DNA from: Hyperthermus butylicus DSM 5456
GTDB lineage: Archaea; Thermoproteota; Thermoprotei_A; Sulfolobales; Pyrodictiaceae
DNA: 32,000 bases
Reading direction: 5' to 3'
NCBI RefSeq assembly: GCF_000015145.1
Contig: NC_008818.1
Location: 270,001-302,000, forward strand
Within the stretch, counting starts at the first letter, position 1. Each line of letters opens with the position of its first letter. Below the pieces are notes generated by a model. The model worked only from the letters and a program-made list of their open reading frames with translations, made no database searches and had not been told where the DNA came from. Position numbers and translations under genes: made by a program. Of this stretch, positions 1 through 8,911 are shown one piece after another.

Positions 1-556
1 CTGCCACTTGTAGCGCCTCTGCCAAGGCTGCTATGAGTTCTAGGTCTAGGGCCGTGCTTAGGTATTCAGGGTTCTTCTCGACGATTGCCGCTGCTTTTTC
101 GAGACCTACTGCCCTTAGCGCCTGGCTTGGCTTTGCCTCCTCCTCGGCCAGCCTCCTGAGGAGCCCCACCTGGGGGGATGCCGGCTGTACTAGCTCCTCG
201 TCTCGTGGGGGTGTTTTGCCCCGTAGCATTCTCCCTATTATAATCTCGGCATCGTGGACTAGGAGTACTAGCTTGTAGGCCCTGTGTATCGCCTCAGCCT
301 TCCCCGAGGCTATGGCTTCGAACCTGCCGAGCAGCTCGGCCATGTACCTATAGGCTGCCACCTCAACTGGGCGAGGATTGGCAGGCTTCTCAGGGAGGTA
401 CTTGGAGAGCTTTGTTGCCTGGAAGAGTTCTAACACTGCCTCATCGCCAGTATATTGCGCCATAAGTGCCTTGAGGTCGTCTTCAAGGCTTAGTAGCCTG
501 GCCGTGAAGGCTTTGACATTGAGGTAGTCGACACCTACGTCGGGGATCCGGTTCAA
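1..556 (-). CDS. A-type (V/A-type) ATP synthase subunit C, partial (runs off the left edge)
   Basis: Reverse-strand reading from a TTG at 556 overlapping the TGA of the upstream gene: LNRIPDVGVDYLNVKAFTARLLSLEDDLKALMAQYTGDEAVLELFQATKLSKYLPEKPANPRPVEVAAYRYMAELLGRFEAIASGKAEAIHRAYKLVLLVHDAEIIIGRMLRGK... It is open to base 1. It resembles archaeal AtpC/NtpC-like subunits and follows a stalk-like coiled-coil gene. Family call is by recognition only. Confidence 0.6.
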   Translation of the reverse strand, partial: MNRIPDVGVDYLNVKAFTARLLSLEDDLKALMAQYTGDEAVLELFQATKLSKYLPEKPANPRPVEVAAYRYMAELLGRFEAIASGKAEAIHRAYKLVLLVHDAEIIIGRMLRGKTPPRDEELVQPASPQVGLLRRLAEEEAKPSQALRAVGLEKAAAIVEKNPEYLSTALDLELIAALAEALQVA

Positions 557-891
557 CCCTTAACCACCCTCGCAAGCATGTCAAGGGCTGTTCTCAGTGC
601 CTCCTCACGCCTAGCCTCTATCCGCTCTTGGAGCCTTGCAGCCTCCTCCCGCTCCCTCCGGGTGAACTCCTCCTCCAGCCTTGCCAGCTCCCTCTTCACG
701 GCCTCCTCTATCCTCTGCTTTGCCTGCTCTAGCAACTGCTCGGCTACTGCACGGAGCTGGGCTGCAAGCCGGTCAGCCTGCTCTACGAGCCTTGCAGCCT
801 CCTCCTCTGCCTGCTTCTCTAGGGCCTCAAGCTTGGACTCCATCTCCTCTACAGCGTGTAGTATCTTGCTTAGCTCCCTAGCCTCGCTCAA
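553..891 (-). CDS. Coiled-coil peripheral-stalk subunit (H/E-like) of A-type ATP synthase
   Basis: 112 aa, very Glu/Arg/Ala-rich coiled coil (MSEARELSKILHAVEEMESKLEALEKQAEEEAARLVEQADRL...), translationally coupled to the downstream subunit C-like gene. Confidence 0.65.
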   Translation of the reverse strand: MSEARELSKILHAVEEMESKLEALEKQAEEEAARLVEQADRLAAQLRAVAEQLLEQAKQRIEEAVKRELARLEEEFTRREREEAARLQERIEARREEALRTALDMLARVVKG

Positions 892-932
892 GACGCGGGC
901 TCCCCCGCACCAGCCGGTCTAGGGTCTTAGGG

Positions 933-942
933 GTATTTAAGG
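933..942 (-). promoter_or_regulatory. Candidate TATA box for the ATP synthase genes
   Basis: Reverse-strand CCCCCTTAAATACCCC, about 45 bp upstream of the ATG at 891. Confidence 0.35.
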
Positions 943-1294
943 GGGTGTTCTAGCTGCAGCCCCTGCCCCATGACATGTCCTCGGCCGTCACGCTGTAGGC
1001 GTCCGGCACCTTGGGGGTCTCCGCTGGCCCCCGCGCATGCTGCTACGATTACCCGGTGGTTGCGGTAACGGCTCGGCATTGTATGGTAGAGCTTTGTCCC
1101 ACCTTCCCCAAAGCCTCGACGACCTCCTGGCTGCCAGCCTCGACCATTTCGTCTCCACAGCGAGCATGGTCCCAGCCTCCTCGTCTACTATGACATGATC
1201 GCTTCTACCTGCAGTGGTAAGCTGCCAACGGTGTCAAGAACAGTACTGCGCCTAGAGGTGGCGAGCTTAAGGGTCAACATGCGGCATCACAGTT

Positions 1295-2200
1295 ATGCTG
1301 CAAACTCAAACCTATAATTGCCCCTTGCCCGAGAAGCGGTTATGGCTGATGACGGGAGGAGGGTTGACGAGGACTCGGGGTCTAGCCTATGCTGTTACGG
1401 CTGCTATACTTTGGGGGAGTATTGGCGTAGCCTACCGGCTAGCCTTGAGCCATGGTGCTAGCCGTGAATGGCTTATTCTCGGTCGCCCCCTCATCGGCGG
1501 CCTAGGCTCTCTCGCTGCCACAGTGCTCGGCTATGGCAGGCCTGGCAGGTGGAGCCTCCTTGTGGGTGCTGGTACGCTAGCACCGCTGGTGGTTGTCTAT
1601 CTCTTCGCCGTCGAGCTTCTCGGCGCTGCACTTGCCAGCATACTGCTCTACACGGCGCCGATATGGGTGGCCCTCCTCGGCCTGCTCCTCCTCGGTGAAA
1701 AGCCGGGGACCCGTGGTGCTCTAGCTGTAGCCCTAGGCTTCACTGGCTCCTTCCTCATAGCGTTTGAGGGCTGGGCCCGTGCAAGCCTCGTAGCCGTACT
1801 TGTTGGGCTTGCAGCTGGCCTACTCTACGCAGCCTACATGCTCGCCGCCCGCTATGCGTTACGCCACGGTGCTGGGGAGCTAGAGGTTGGACTCCACAGC
1901 CAGCCCTTCACAGCCATGGCAGTAGCAGCTGTAACAAAGCCAGGGGAGCTGCCTGCGACTGTGGACTTGCCATGGATGCTCTATCTCGGAGTCGCCACGA
2001 TGCTTGTACCCTACGTGCTCCACGCCCGCGCGCTGAGACTTCTGGAGGCTTATCGGGTCTCGGTTGTGTCGCTCATAGAGCCCCTAGCAGCGACGGTGCT
2101 GGCTGCGCTGCTGCTCGGCGAGAAGCTCACAGCGCTACAGCTCGTGGGAGCAACACTAATTCTTGCGGCTTCCCTGTTGGCACTAGAGAAGGGACGCTAG
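1295..2200 (+). CDS. EamA/DMT-family transporter (drug/metabolite transporter superfamily)
   Basis: About 10 hydrophobic helices in two repeats (AYAVTAAILWGSIGVAYRLAL...; VAALLLGEKLTALQLVGATLILAASLLAL). The true start may be the internal MTGGG Met. Confidence 0.85.
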   Translation: MLQTQTYNCPLPEKRLWLMTGGGLTRTRGLAYAVTAAILWGSIGVAYRLALSHGASREWLILGRPLIGGLGSLAATVLGYGRPGRWSLLVGAGTLAPLVVVYLFAVELLGAALASILLYTAPIWVALLGLLLLGEKPGTRGALAVALGFTGSFLIAFEGWARASLVAVLVGLAAGLLYAAYMLAARYALRHGAGELEVGLHSQPFTAMAVAAVTKPGELPATVDLPWMLYLGVATMLVPYVLHARALRLLEAYRVSVVSLIEPLAATVLAALLLGEKLTALQLVGATLILAASLLALEKGR

Positions 2201-2204
2201 CGCC

Positions 2205-3464
2205 GTGACAGGCTGTAGCAGCGAGGAGCTAGAGAGACTAGCGAGACAACTCGCCGAGGCTGCTGGCGGAGAGGCTATACCCAGAATAACCCCAGCTGTT
2301 GAGAAGTTGCTGGATCACGTTAAGGACTGTATCGTGACCAGGTTCTCTGGGGAGCTGGTGGAAGCGGAGGAGTGGCTCAGCCATGTGAGAGCCGCTGTTT
2401 CAAGGTTGGCTAGGCTCTTAGGCCTCGCTGGCTTCACCTACCCCCGGGAGTTCGGTAGCTTCGTCCAGGACCCCGAAGCGCATCTCCGCAAGAAGCTATT
2501 CAACTACGTCTATGACCTTGCTAGGGGGAGAGTTGACCTTCGGGAGTTTGAGAGGAAGGCCACGGCTGCGGTGAGGACTTCACTACGCACCAATATGAGG
2601 ACAGCATACCAGTTATGGGGTCTGGCTACAGTGATGGCTTTGCTCGCGGAGAGGGGCTACGAGCTAGTGTACCCGGAGCACCGGTTCCTAAGCTTCGACA
2701 GGAGCGGCAAGCAGAGACTCGGCATCATACCCCCCAACGCTGTCCTAGCAAGGCTTAGCAAGGGCTTCATCAGCATATTCCACGAGGCTCCCCGGCCGCT
2801 AGGCTGGGAGGACACAAGCGACCTGCAGAGGATATGGAGTCTCTACACCGCGCTACGCCCTGATGCAATGGCCTACAGCGGCATGGTCATGAACATGGTT
2901 GACCTCTCCACCAGCCCGCCAATAAAGAGGCCAGACGTGATCATTGAGTTTAAGGAGCTAAGCGACTGGTACGTGAGGATAAGGGATCTCAAGGGTTACT
3001 TCCGCAAGCCCCTGACAGCGGAGGAGTGGAGGAACAAGTGGCTAGCAGGCCTCTTCGAAGGCCTAGCAGACATTATGGGCGTACAGCGTAGTGTAGTCGA
3101 GCAGCGCGTAGAGGAGGGGGCCTCCCTGAGGCTCCGCGAGTATCAGCTCGTAAAGCTCTACGCCAAAACATACAACCCCCGCTACATGATTCTCATCAGT
3201 AGGGCTGCAGTACCAGGTGATGTCCGGGAGAGCCTAGAGGAGGACGGCATAACAGTACTCGATGCTGTAGGCTTCCACCCGGAGAAGCTGGAGCCCCTGG
3301 CAGACCTCCTAGACAAGATCTCCGGGTACCGTGGCGGCGAGAAAATAGTAATCACGCTGCCTCCCGAAGCCGCAAAGCTTCTCGAAGAAGCCAAGGCGAA
3401 GTTAGGTGTAGAGGACACGGTAGAAGCCATAGTGGCTGCGCTCCGGAGGCTCCTCGAGGACTAG
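2205..3464 (+). CDS. Hypothetical protein, possible PD-(D/E)XK-type nuclease fold
   Basis: 419 aa, GTG start 4 nt after the transporter stop. Contains LRPDAMAY...(about 25 aa)...KRPDVIIEFKEL, which resembles a PD...(E)xK core. C-terminal ribbon-helix-like segment (KIVITLPPEAAKLLEEAKAKLGVEDTVEAIVAALRRLLED). Confidence 0.6.
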   Translation: MTGCSSEELERLARQLAEAAGGEAIPRITPAVEKLLDHVKDCIVTRFSGELVEAEEWLSHVRAAVSRLARLLGLAGFTYPREFGSFVQDPEAHLRKKLFNYVYDLARGRVDLREFERKATAAVRTSLRTNMRTAYQLWGLATVMALLAERGYELVYPEHRFLSFDRSGKQRLGIIPPNAVLARLSKGFISIFHEAPRPLGWEDTSDLQRIWSLYTALRPDAMAYSGMVMNMVDLSTSPPIKRPDVIIEFKELSDWYVRIRDLKGYFRKPLTAEEWRNKWLAGLFEGLADIMGVQRSVVEQRVEEGASLRLREYQLVKLYAKTYNPRYMILISRAAVPGDVRESLEEDGITVLDAVGFHPEKLEPLADLLDKISGYRGGEKIVITLPPEAAKLLEEAKAKLGVEDTVEAIVAALRRLLED

Positions 3465-4123
3465 CCGCAGAGTAGCCCCCAAGCAAACTCGTACACAGCC
3501 ATTGTCACGTAGACCTCAACAAGCGCAGCTAGTAGCAGGAGCACAGCACCAGCAACAGCCATTAACACGGCCCACCGTGTTCCATTCCTTGCAAACTCCG
3601 CGGCCAGCGGAGCAGCAGCAAGCGCGACCATAGCCGGTATTTCCAGGACACCATGGGGAAGAATAAGCGAAGCCGTTACAAGGACTGCCGAGACACTGCC
3701 TGGCCTACAGCCAGGGGCAACAGCAGCTTGAATTAACGGGCAGGCAAGCGTGCCGCCAAGCACAAACCCGTTAACAGCAGGCACAAGCAGCGGCACCAAG
3801 GCGAGCACAACGAGCAGCGGCCGAGCACGCCGCCTAAGGATAAGCTTTGCAACAGCATATGGTGCAACAAGCTTCAGCGAGAGCATAAGGTTATGGAGGT
3901 ATATCACCGACACACTCTCGGCTTTCGGCAGCTCCTTAGCAACCTCCATAAAGTAGTCGAAGAAGTCAGAGGGCCGGACAGAAGCATAGTAGCTGCCAGC
4001 AGCAGCGGCGGCTAGAAACACTAGGAGAGCGGCAAGATAGACTAGGGCCGGGCTATACCTGCCGCTGGAACCCCGGCTAGTCATGAAACCCCCACAGCAG
4101 GGGCCTATGGCCAACCTACACAT
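3461..4123 (-). CDS. SpoIIM-like (DUF95) family membrane protein
   Basis: Multi-TM protein with the NGFVLGG...LPHGVLEIPA motif typical of SpoIIM/DUF95. Likely start is the internal MTSRGSS. Confidence 0.8.
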   Translation of the reverse strand: MCRLAIGPCCGGFMTSRGSSGRYSPALVYLAALLVFLAAAAAGSYYASVRPSDFFDYFMEVAKELPKAESVSVIYLHNLMLSLKLVAPYAVAKLILRRRARPLLVVLALVPLLVPAVNGFVLGGTLACPLIQAAVAPGCRPGSVSAVLVTASLILPHGVLEIPAMVALAAAPLAAEFARNGTRWAVLMAVAGAVLLLLAALVEVYVTMAVYEFAWGLLCG

Positions 4124-4344
4124 AAGGCTTCCCGGAATAGTTGGTGGGCATACCCTGAGCTGTACGGAGCAAGCTAGCTACATACCCTCATAGGACACCG
4201 ATCTTCAGCCGCTCAATAGTCTGTGAACCCTAGTTTACGACAAGCTGCTAGCCAATGCAGCGCTGGGGACGGCTTCCCCAGCCGTGTCTGTTCCGGACTC
4301 AAGCTTCAGCCTGCTCCAGGCAATTATTACAGTGTTATGTATTG

Positions 4345-4354
4345 CTCTATAAAC
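4345..4354 (+). promoter_or_regulatory. Candidate TATA box for thiC
   Basis: CTCTATAAAC about 55 bp upstream of the likely thiC ATG at 4408. Confidence 0.35.
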
Positions 4355-4407
4355 CCGTTCTAGATGCAGGGTTCCTCACGGTGTGGTGCTTCTTGGCGAA
4401 GACGGTT

Positions 4408-5688
4408 ATGCTTGAGGCTCGTAGTGGGTCGGTGCCGGAGGAAGTTCTGGAGGTTGCTAGGACTGAGGGTGTGGATCCGAACAAGCTCCGGGTTAGGCTT
4501 GCTGAAGGCAGGGTGATTATTGCGAGGAATATCAAGCGGCAGGGCAGGATTAGGCTTGTTGGTGTTGGTGAGGGGCTTACAACGAAGGTTAACGTTAACA
4601 TTGGTGTTAGCACCCATGTGAACGATATTGAAATGGAGAAGGAGAAGGCTAGGATAGCGGTTCAATATGGTGCCGACACGATTATGGATTTGAGTGTTGG
4701 TGAGAACCTCGACGAGGTTAGAAGAATCCTTATGGAGGCTTCGGAGCCTCTACCATTTGGCACTGTGCCAACGTACCAGGCTTATATTGAGGGCGTGAGA
4801 AAGCATGGGGGGATGCCCGACGAGGACTTCTTCCTCCAGGTTCTCGAGCGCCATCTACGGGACGGCGTGGACTTTATGACAATCCATGCCGGCATTACTA
4901 GGGAGCTGGCGGAGAGGGCGCTTAAGAGTAACCGTATACAGCCCATAGTTAGCCGTGGCGGTGCCCTGCTGGCGGCATGGATGATGGAAACCGGCAGCGA
5001 GAACCCCTACTACCGGAACTGGGACTACATACTAGAGCTGTTTGCAGAGTACGATGCCGTGATAAGTCTTGGTGATGCGCTGCGCCCTGGCGCTATAGCT
5101 GATGCGCTAGACGAGCTTCAGATCCTGGAGCTGATCAATAATGCACGGCTCGTGGAGAGGGCTCGGGAAAAGGGTGTACAGGTTATGGTTGAGGGACCTG
5201 GCCACGTGCCGATAAACAAAATCGTCGCTGATATAAGGCTTATGAAGAGCCTCACCAGGGGTGCCCCCTACTACGTGCTTGGCCCGCTTGTGACCGATAT
5301 AGGGCTCGGCTACGACCACATAGCGGCAGCTATAGGCGCTGCAATAGCTGCTGCCGAGGGTGCCGACCTCATCTGCTACCTGACACCCGCCGAGCACCTA
5401 AGCCTCCCAAACCCGGAGCAGGTTAAGGAGGGCCTCATAGCAGCGAGAATAGCTGCGCACGCTGGTGACATAGTCAAGCTTGGCAGGAGGGTTATGGAGC
5501 CCGACATTAAGATGAGCATTCACCGTGCAAGGCTCGAGTGGAATAAGATGTTCAAGCTCTCGCTGGACCCGGAGAGGGCTAGGAGGATCTATAGCCAGTA
5601 CGGCGTGCAGCTCCCATCGTGCACTATGTGTGGCAGCTACTGTGCTTTTCTCATCCTCAACAAGTACATGGAGAAGACCCGGAGGTGA
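4408..5688 (+). CDS. thiC: Phosphomethylpyrimidine synthase ThiC
   Basis: The ORF opens at 4255, but the conserved protein starts near [13 protein letters not shown] at 4408. ThiC signatures: [54 protein letters not shown], and Cys-rich C-terminal [12 protein letters not shown]. Confidence 0.95.
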   Translation: MLEARSGSVPEEVLEVARTEGVDPNKLRVRLAEGRVIIARNIKRQGRIRLVGVGEGLTTKVNVNIGVSTHVNDIEMEKEKARIAVQYGADTIMDLSVGENLDEVRRILMEASEPLPFGTVPTYQAYIEGVRKHGGMPDEDFFLQVLERHLRDGVDFMTIHAGITRELAERALKSNRIQPIVSRGGALLAAWMMETGSENPYYRNWDYILELFAEYDAVISLGDALRPGAIADALDELQILELINNARLVERAREKGVQVMVEGPGHVPINKIVADIRLMKSLTRGAPYYVLGPLVTDIGLGYDHIAAAIGAAIAAAEGADLICYLTPAEHLSLPNPEQVKEGLIAARIAAHAGDIVKLGRRVMEPDIKMSIHRARLEWNKMFKLSLDPERARRIYSQYGVQLPSCTMCGSYCAFLILNKYMEKTRR

Positions 5689-5694
5689 TGCTGG

Positions 5695-6240
5695 ATGACT
5701 GGAGAGCATGAGGAGAGGGCGGGTTATCCCTGGGTTTGGAGCACCTGGGTTAAGGCACCGATACTGAGGAATAGGGATCTCCTCATAGCCTCGGCTTGCC
5801 TGCCATTCGTGAACCCAGAGCTGTTCCGAAAGCTGGCGGAGGGCAAGACAGCGCTCCTAGCGTGCCCGGAGAGGGAGTCACCGGCACACTATGGGAAGAT
5901 TGCGAGCATTATAAGGAGCAGCAAGCCCAGATCCATAACCATAGTGACGATTGATGGTAGTCCACACTGCTTCGCGCTACACGCAAGCGCTAACGAGGCA
6001 GAATACATTCTCGGCGAGAGGGTGGAGAAGAAACACTACGTGGTCGTCAACGGGGAAGAGCTTGTCGAGATAAGCCCCAACGCTGTGAGGGTGGCTAGGT
6101 ACCTGCATATCGTTGATAAGATTATCCGAGAGCACCCAGAGATCATGAAGGAGCTGGATAGGGTTAGCCTTGAGTATAGACAGGCTAAGAAGCTAATCGG
6201 GAAGGATGAGGAGTTAGAGGAGGCCGCCGCTAATGGTTAG
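5695..6240 (+). CDS. Conserved hypothetical protein downstream of thiC
   Basis: 181 aa ORF, 7 nt after the thiC stop (GYPWVWSTWVKAPILRNRDLLIASACLPFVNPELFRKL...). Compositionally a real protein; function unknown. Confidence 0.7.
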   Translation: MTGEHEERAGYPWVWSTWVKAPILRNRDLLIASACLPFVNPELFRKLAEGKTALLACPERESPAHYGKIASIIRSSKPRSITIVTIDGSPHCFALHASANEAEYILGERVEKKHYVVVNGEELVEISPNAVRVARYLHIVDKIIREHPEIMKELDRVSLEYRQAKKLIGKDEELEEAAANG

Positions 6241-6945
6241 CACGTCCCCGGACACGTAGGGGTTCTCCACTGCGTCGAGAACTATTTTCGCCACCTCCTC
6301 GGGCTTTGCCAGTCTCCGCAGAGGGATTTGCTCCTCAACCCAGTCCATGTCGCCCCAGGCCCGCGTCATGTCTGTATCCACGCCGCCCGGCGCTACCGCG
6401 AAAACTCTTATGTTGTAGTCTGCAAGCTCCTTGGCGACAGCGATAGTCCACGCGATTAACGCTGCTTTTGCCGCCGAGTAGTGGGATGCCTCGGGCTCCG
6501 GCCGGAGCCCCAGCACCGATGCAATATTGACTATTACTCCACCGCCATTCCTCTTCATGTAGGGTATTGCTGCGTGGGCAACATTAAGCGCTCCATAGAA
6601 GTGTACCTCTATCATGCGCTGCCAGTCCCTAGGCTTCATGTCCTCAAACAGCTTCGGCTCAAGGATACCGGCATTATTCACCACTACGTCTAGGCGGCCC
6701 CACTTCTCGATAGCTGCTTCTACAAGCTTCCGAGCCTCCTCGTACACTGATACGTCAGCTCTCACCACGAGGGGCACCGCGCCAGCCTCCTTCACGAGCC
6801 TAGCAGTCTCCTCGGCTGCATCCCTGCGCGAAACATAGTTGACAACTACGCCCTTAGCACCACGGCGGGCAGCCTCGACAGCTACAGCTCTGCCTATGCC
6901 ACGGCTCGAACCGGTAACCAGGACAACCGAGCCCTGAACCCTCAA
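6214..6945 (-). CDS. Short-chain dehydrogenase/reductase (SDR; 3-oxoacyl-ACP reductase-like)
   Basis: VTGSSRGIGRAVA (TGxxxGxG), NNAG, S...YSAAKAA catalytic YxxxK, VAPGGVDTDM, C-terminal DVLTISGG. Confidence 0.93.
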   Translation of the reverse strand: MRVQGSVVLVTGSSRGIGRAVAVEAARRGAKGVVVNYVSRRDAAEETARLVKEAGAVPLVVRADVSVYEEARKLVEAAIEKWGRLDVVVNNAGILEPKLFEDMKPRDWQRMIEVHFYGALNVAHAAIPYMKRNGGGVIVNIASVLGLRPEPEASHYSAAKAALIAWTIAVAKELADYNIRVFAVAPGGVDTDMTRAWGDMDWVEEQIPLRRLAKPEEVAKIVLDAVENPYVSGDVLTISGGLL

Positions 6946-7314
6946 ACCACACCCAACCCCCGATACATGCCTGGCGAGAGAATGACACCCAGGGACCCCT
7001 ACCAGCGTAAACCCTAAGCTAGGACTTATATCTCGAGCCGCTAGGCAAGAATAGGCCTACGGCTTTAAGCCTTCACACAACCCCTCCAGGCCCTCCCAGG
7101 CACACGAATTTCCCTGGCCACAACCTTGCCAGACTCTCTTGAGTATTCAATCTGGGAGAATCCCATGCTCACTCATCTTCATAGCTTTCAGCAATACTGC
7201 AATAAACCATAGCAGCCACTAAGAGGACCATGACTTCCGCCCTCGTAGAGAAGGACCAGGCAGCGCCCACCGGTATACGCGTAGGCTCCGCGGAGGTTAA
7301 CTATGCCATGTTCG

Positions 7315-7497
7315 CTAAAGTGCAAACAACCCTAGAGCCGAAACTCCATTGACACCGTGCTGACTACCCATACCGTTGTGTGTAGTAAAGGTAGCAAGTA
7401 GAACTGCTAAGACGAAGGTAATGCCAGCTACGAGAACTATAACGCCTAGCCCAGACATGTTCAACATACTCCCAACCACATTAAGTCCCCAGAGCAT
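7315..7497 (-). CDS. Possible small hydrophobic protein
   Basis: 60 aa ORF with one TM-like stretch (LGVIVLVAGITFVLAVLLATF). No other support. Confidence 0.2.
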   Translation of the reverse strand: MLWGLNVVGSMLNMSGLGVIVLVAGITFVLAVLLATFTTHNGMGSQHGVNGVSALGLFAL

Positions 7498-7608
7498 GTA
7501 AGTGAGGGTACAAAGCCCGCATAACCTAGGCTATTAGGAGGGCACAGAGGGCTCCACAGCTACACATATACCAGCACTAGCCTCACCAAAAGTCCCGGGT
7601 TTGCAGCT

Positions 7609-7902
7609 TTGCTCGGTCTTGCAAGGGTGAGGCTAGAGCTTCTGATGGCCACGATACTTATTGTGATAGGTGTAGTGGTTGTTGTTGCTGGGGCACTAGC
7701 TGCCTACCATGCTTATGCCATGTATAATCCTGTGCTGCCGCCAGCTGAGAGACTTGATCAGGCTATAGCCTACACCAGTTATGAGCTGGTGAATCTGGCC
7801 GCTAGGCTAGGCTTCTTAGGGCTAATGATATGGGCTGGATCTGTCCTCCTGCTCCGCGGCATAGAACTCCTTCAGACATTGAGAAGGGAGGGGAAGGGCT
7901 GA
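7609..7902 (+). CDS. Small membrane protein (2 predicted TM)
   Basis: 97 aa: LLMATILIVIGVVVVVAGALAAYHAYAMYNP... and LGFLGLMIWAGSVLLLRGI. It is 6 nt upstream of the next ORF. Confidence 0.65.
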   Translation: MLGLARVRLELLMATILIVIGVVVVVAGALAAYHAYAMYNPVLPPAERLDQAIAYTSYELVNLAARLGFLGLMIWAGSVLLLRGIELLQTLRREGKG

Positions 7903-7908
7903 CAAGGT

Positions 7909-8298
7909 ATGCTAGTTGCTGCCCGTTACAGCTTCGCGATAGTTAGCGCCATCCTCATGGCTGGGCTTGTGGCACCCCTACTTGTGTTTGGCATCGAGGT
8001 CTACATGGACAAATCACTGTTCGAGATTTACGTAGTGTCAGCAAAGCCCTACAATGCGACGCACCTTGACGTCACGGTAAAGGTAGTCTATAGGGGTTCA
8101 GTGCCGCTGACGGACGCCTACATCTACAGCTCTGGCAGCTCAGCGAAGCTCGGCACCCTAGGACCGGGCTACTCTCAGAAACTAGTCCACCTCTACATTC
8201 CCGTTGACGGAGCGGAGGACATGGTGAGGCTCGGCTTCAAGATAGCAGGCATATACCAGGTAATGGTGGAGGTGAAGCTACACCTTGCAAAGACTTGA
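7909..8298 (+). CDS. Membrane-anchored protein with an extracytoplasmic beta-rich domain
   Basis: N-terminal TM (FAIVSAILMAGLVAPLLVFGI) then a beta-rich domain (VVSAKPYNATHLDVTVKVVYRGSVPLTDAYIYSSGSSAKLGTLGPGYSQKLVHLYIP). Confidence 0.65.
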   Translation: MLVAARYSFAIVSAILMAGLVAPLLVFGIEVYMDKSLFEIYVVSAKPYNATHLDVTVKVVYRGSVPLTDAYIYSSGSSAKLGTLGPGYSQKLVHLYIPVDGAEDMVRLGFKIAGIYQVMVEVKLHLAKT

Positions 8299-8731
8299 AA
8301 GGGCTATAGCAGCAATAGGTCGCGGCATTGTAACCGGCGTCGCATACTATACCGTATTCGTGCTCGTGCTACACCGCATCTTAGCAACCATGGCACCCAG
8401 CATAGAGCCTATTACGGAGAACATACACACCTACCTGGCGGCAGTGATACTACTAGCTGTGCTGAGCACAGCTGAAACAGCCCTGCAAGACGTCTACATT
8501 GTTGCACCGCTAAAGATACTATCAAAGCTTCTTGCAGCCCTGATCTTCGCAGACATAGTAAACTATGGAAACGTTGAAGCTGTAATCCAGGGCGTGCGCG
8601 TCTACATCAACATATCCCCAATCGTCTATACCATGATACTGTTAAGCCTAGCATACGGGGCCCTAGACGCCGCCTCATACACTAAAGCCAGGGCTGAAGA
8701 GAGGCTAAAGAAGCCCCAAACCCAGACATAA
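8285..8731 (+). CDS. Polytopic membrane protein (about 4 TM), unknown function
   Basis: 148 aa, overlaps the previous ORF by 14 nt, multiple hydrophobic helices. Confidence 0.65.
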   Translation: MQRLERAIAAIGRGIVTGVAYYTVFVLVLHRILATMAPSIEPITENIHTYLAAVILLAVLSTAETALQDVYIVAPLKILSKLLAALIFADIVNYGNVEAVIQGVRVYINISPIVYTMILLSLAYGALDAASYTKARAEERLKKPQTQT

Positions 8732-8746
8732 CACACCACACAGGGA

Positions 8747-8905
8747 TCCCAGCCCCGCGGGGAGGGCATGAAGAACGGGCTACCAGCCCAGAGCCCCTCA
8801 TCCATGGAGGGGCTGTGAGGAGGAAACCTCGGGGGCGACCCCTCCCCGGGGGCGTGGAGCGCATGGGATTTCTACCCGGGTACTGCTGGGCCTTCACGCC
8901 CCGGC
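8747..8905 (+). ncRNA. Candidate structured RNA or structured 5' leader (unclassified)
   Basis: Intergenic between two same-strand ORFs. Stacked hairpins: CCCCGCGGGG (8753-8762); GGGCT-acc-AGCCC (8777-8789); AGCCCCTC-n7-GAGGGGCT (8792-8814); GAGG-n-CCTC; GGGG-gcga-CCCC with GNRA tetraloop (8831-8842); GGGGCGTG (8849-8856) with CACGCCCC (8895-8902). Ends about 10 nt before the GTG start at 8912. Strand is assigned from its neighbours only. Confidence 0.4.
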
Positions 8906-8911
8906 TGACCG

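Noticed and set aside
578-922. Plus-strand ORF rich in Ser/Ala
   Set aside because: Antisense of the coiled-coil stalk subunit.
940-1290. Small ORF 1011-1193 and minus-strand protein-like bits (HVIVDEEAGTMLAVETK; GPAETPKVPDAYSVTAEDMSWGRGCS*)
   Set aside because: Fragments are short, in different frames and unrecognised. Possibly decayed, but not enough support for a feature.
4360-5709. Minus-strand ORFs opposite thiC
   Set aside because: Antisense of a clear thiC; no signatures.
7100-7500. Minus-strand hydrophobic pieces (60-aa ORF plus LTSAEPTRIPVGAAWSFSTRAEVMVLLVAAMVYCSIAESYEDE)
   Set aside because: Could be a decayed membrane protein, but no recognisable family and no continuous frame. 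Kept only as a low-confidence ORF.
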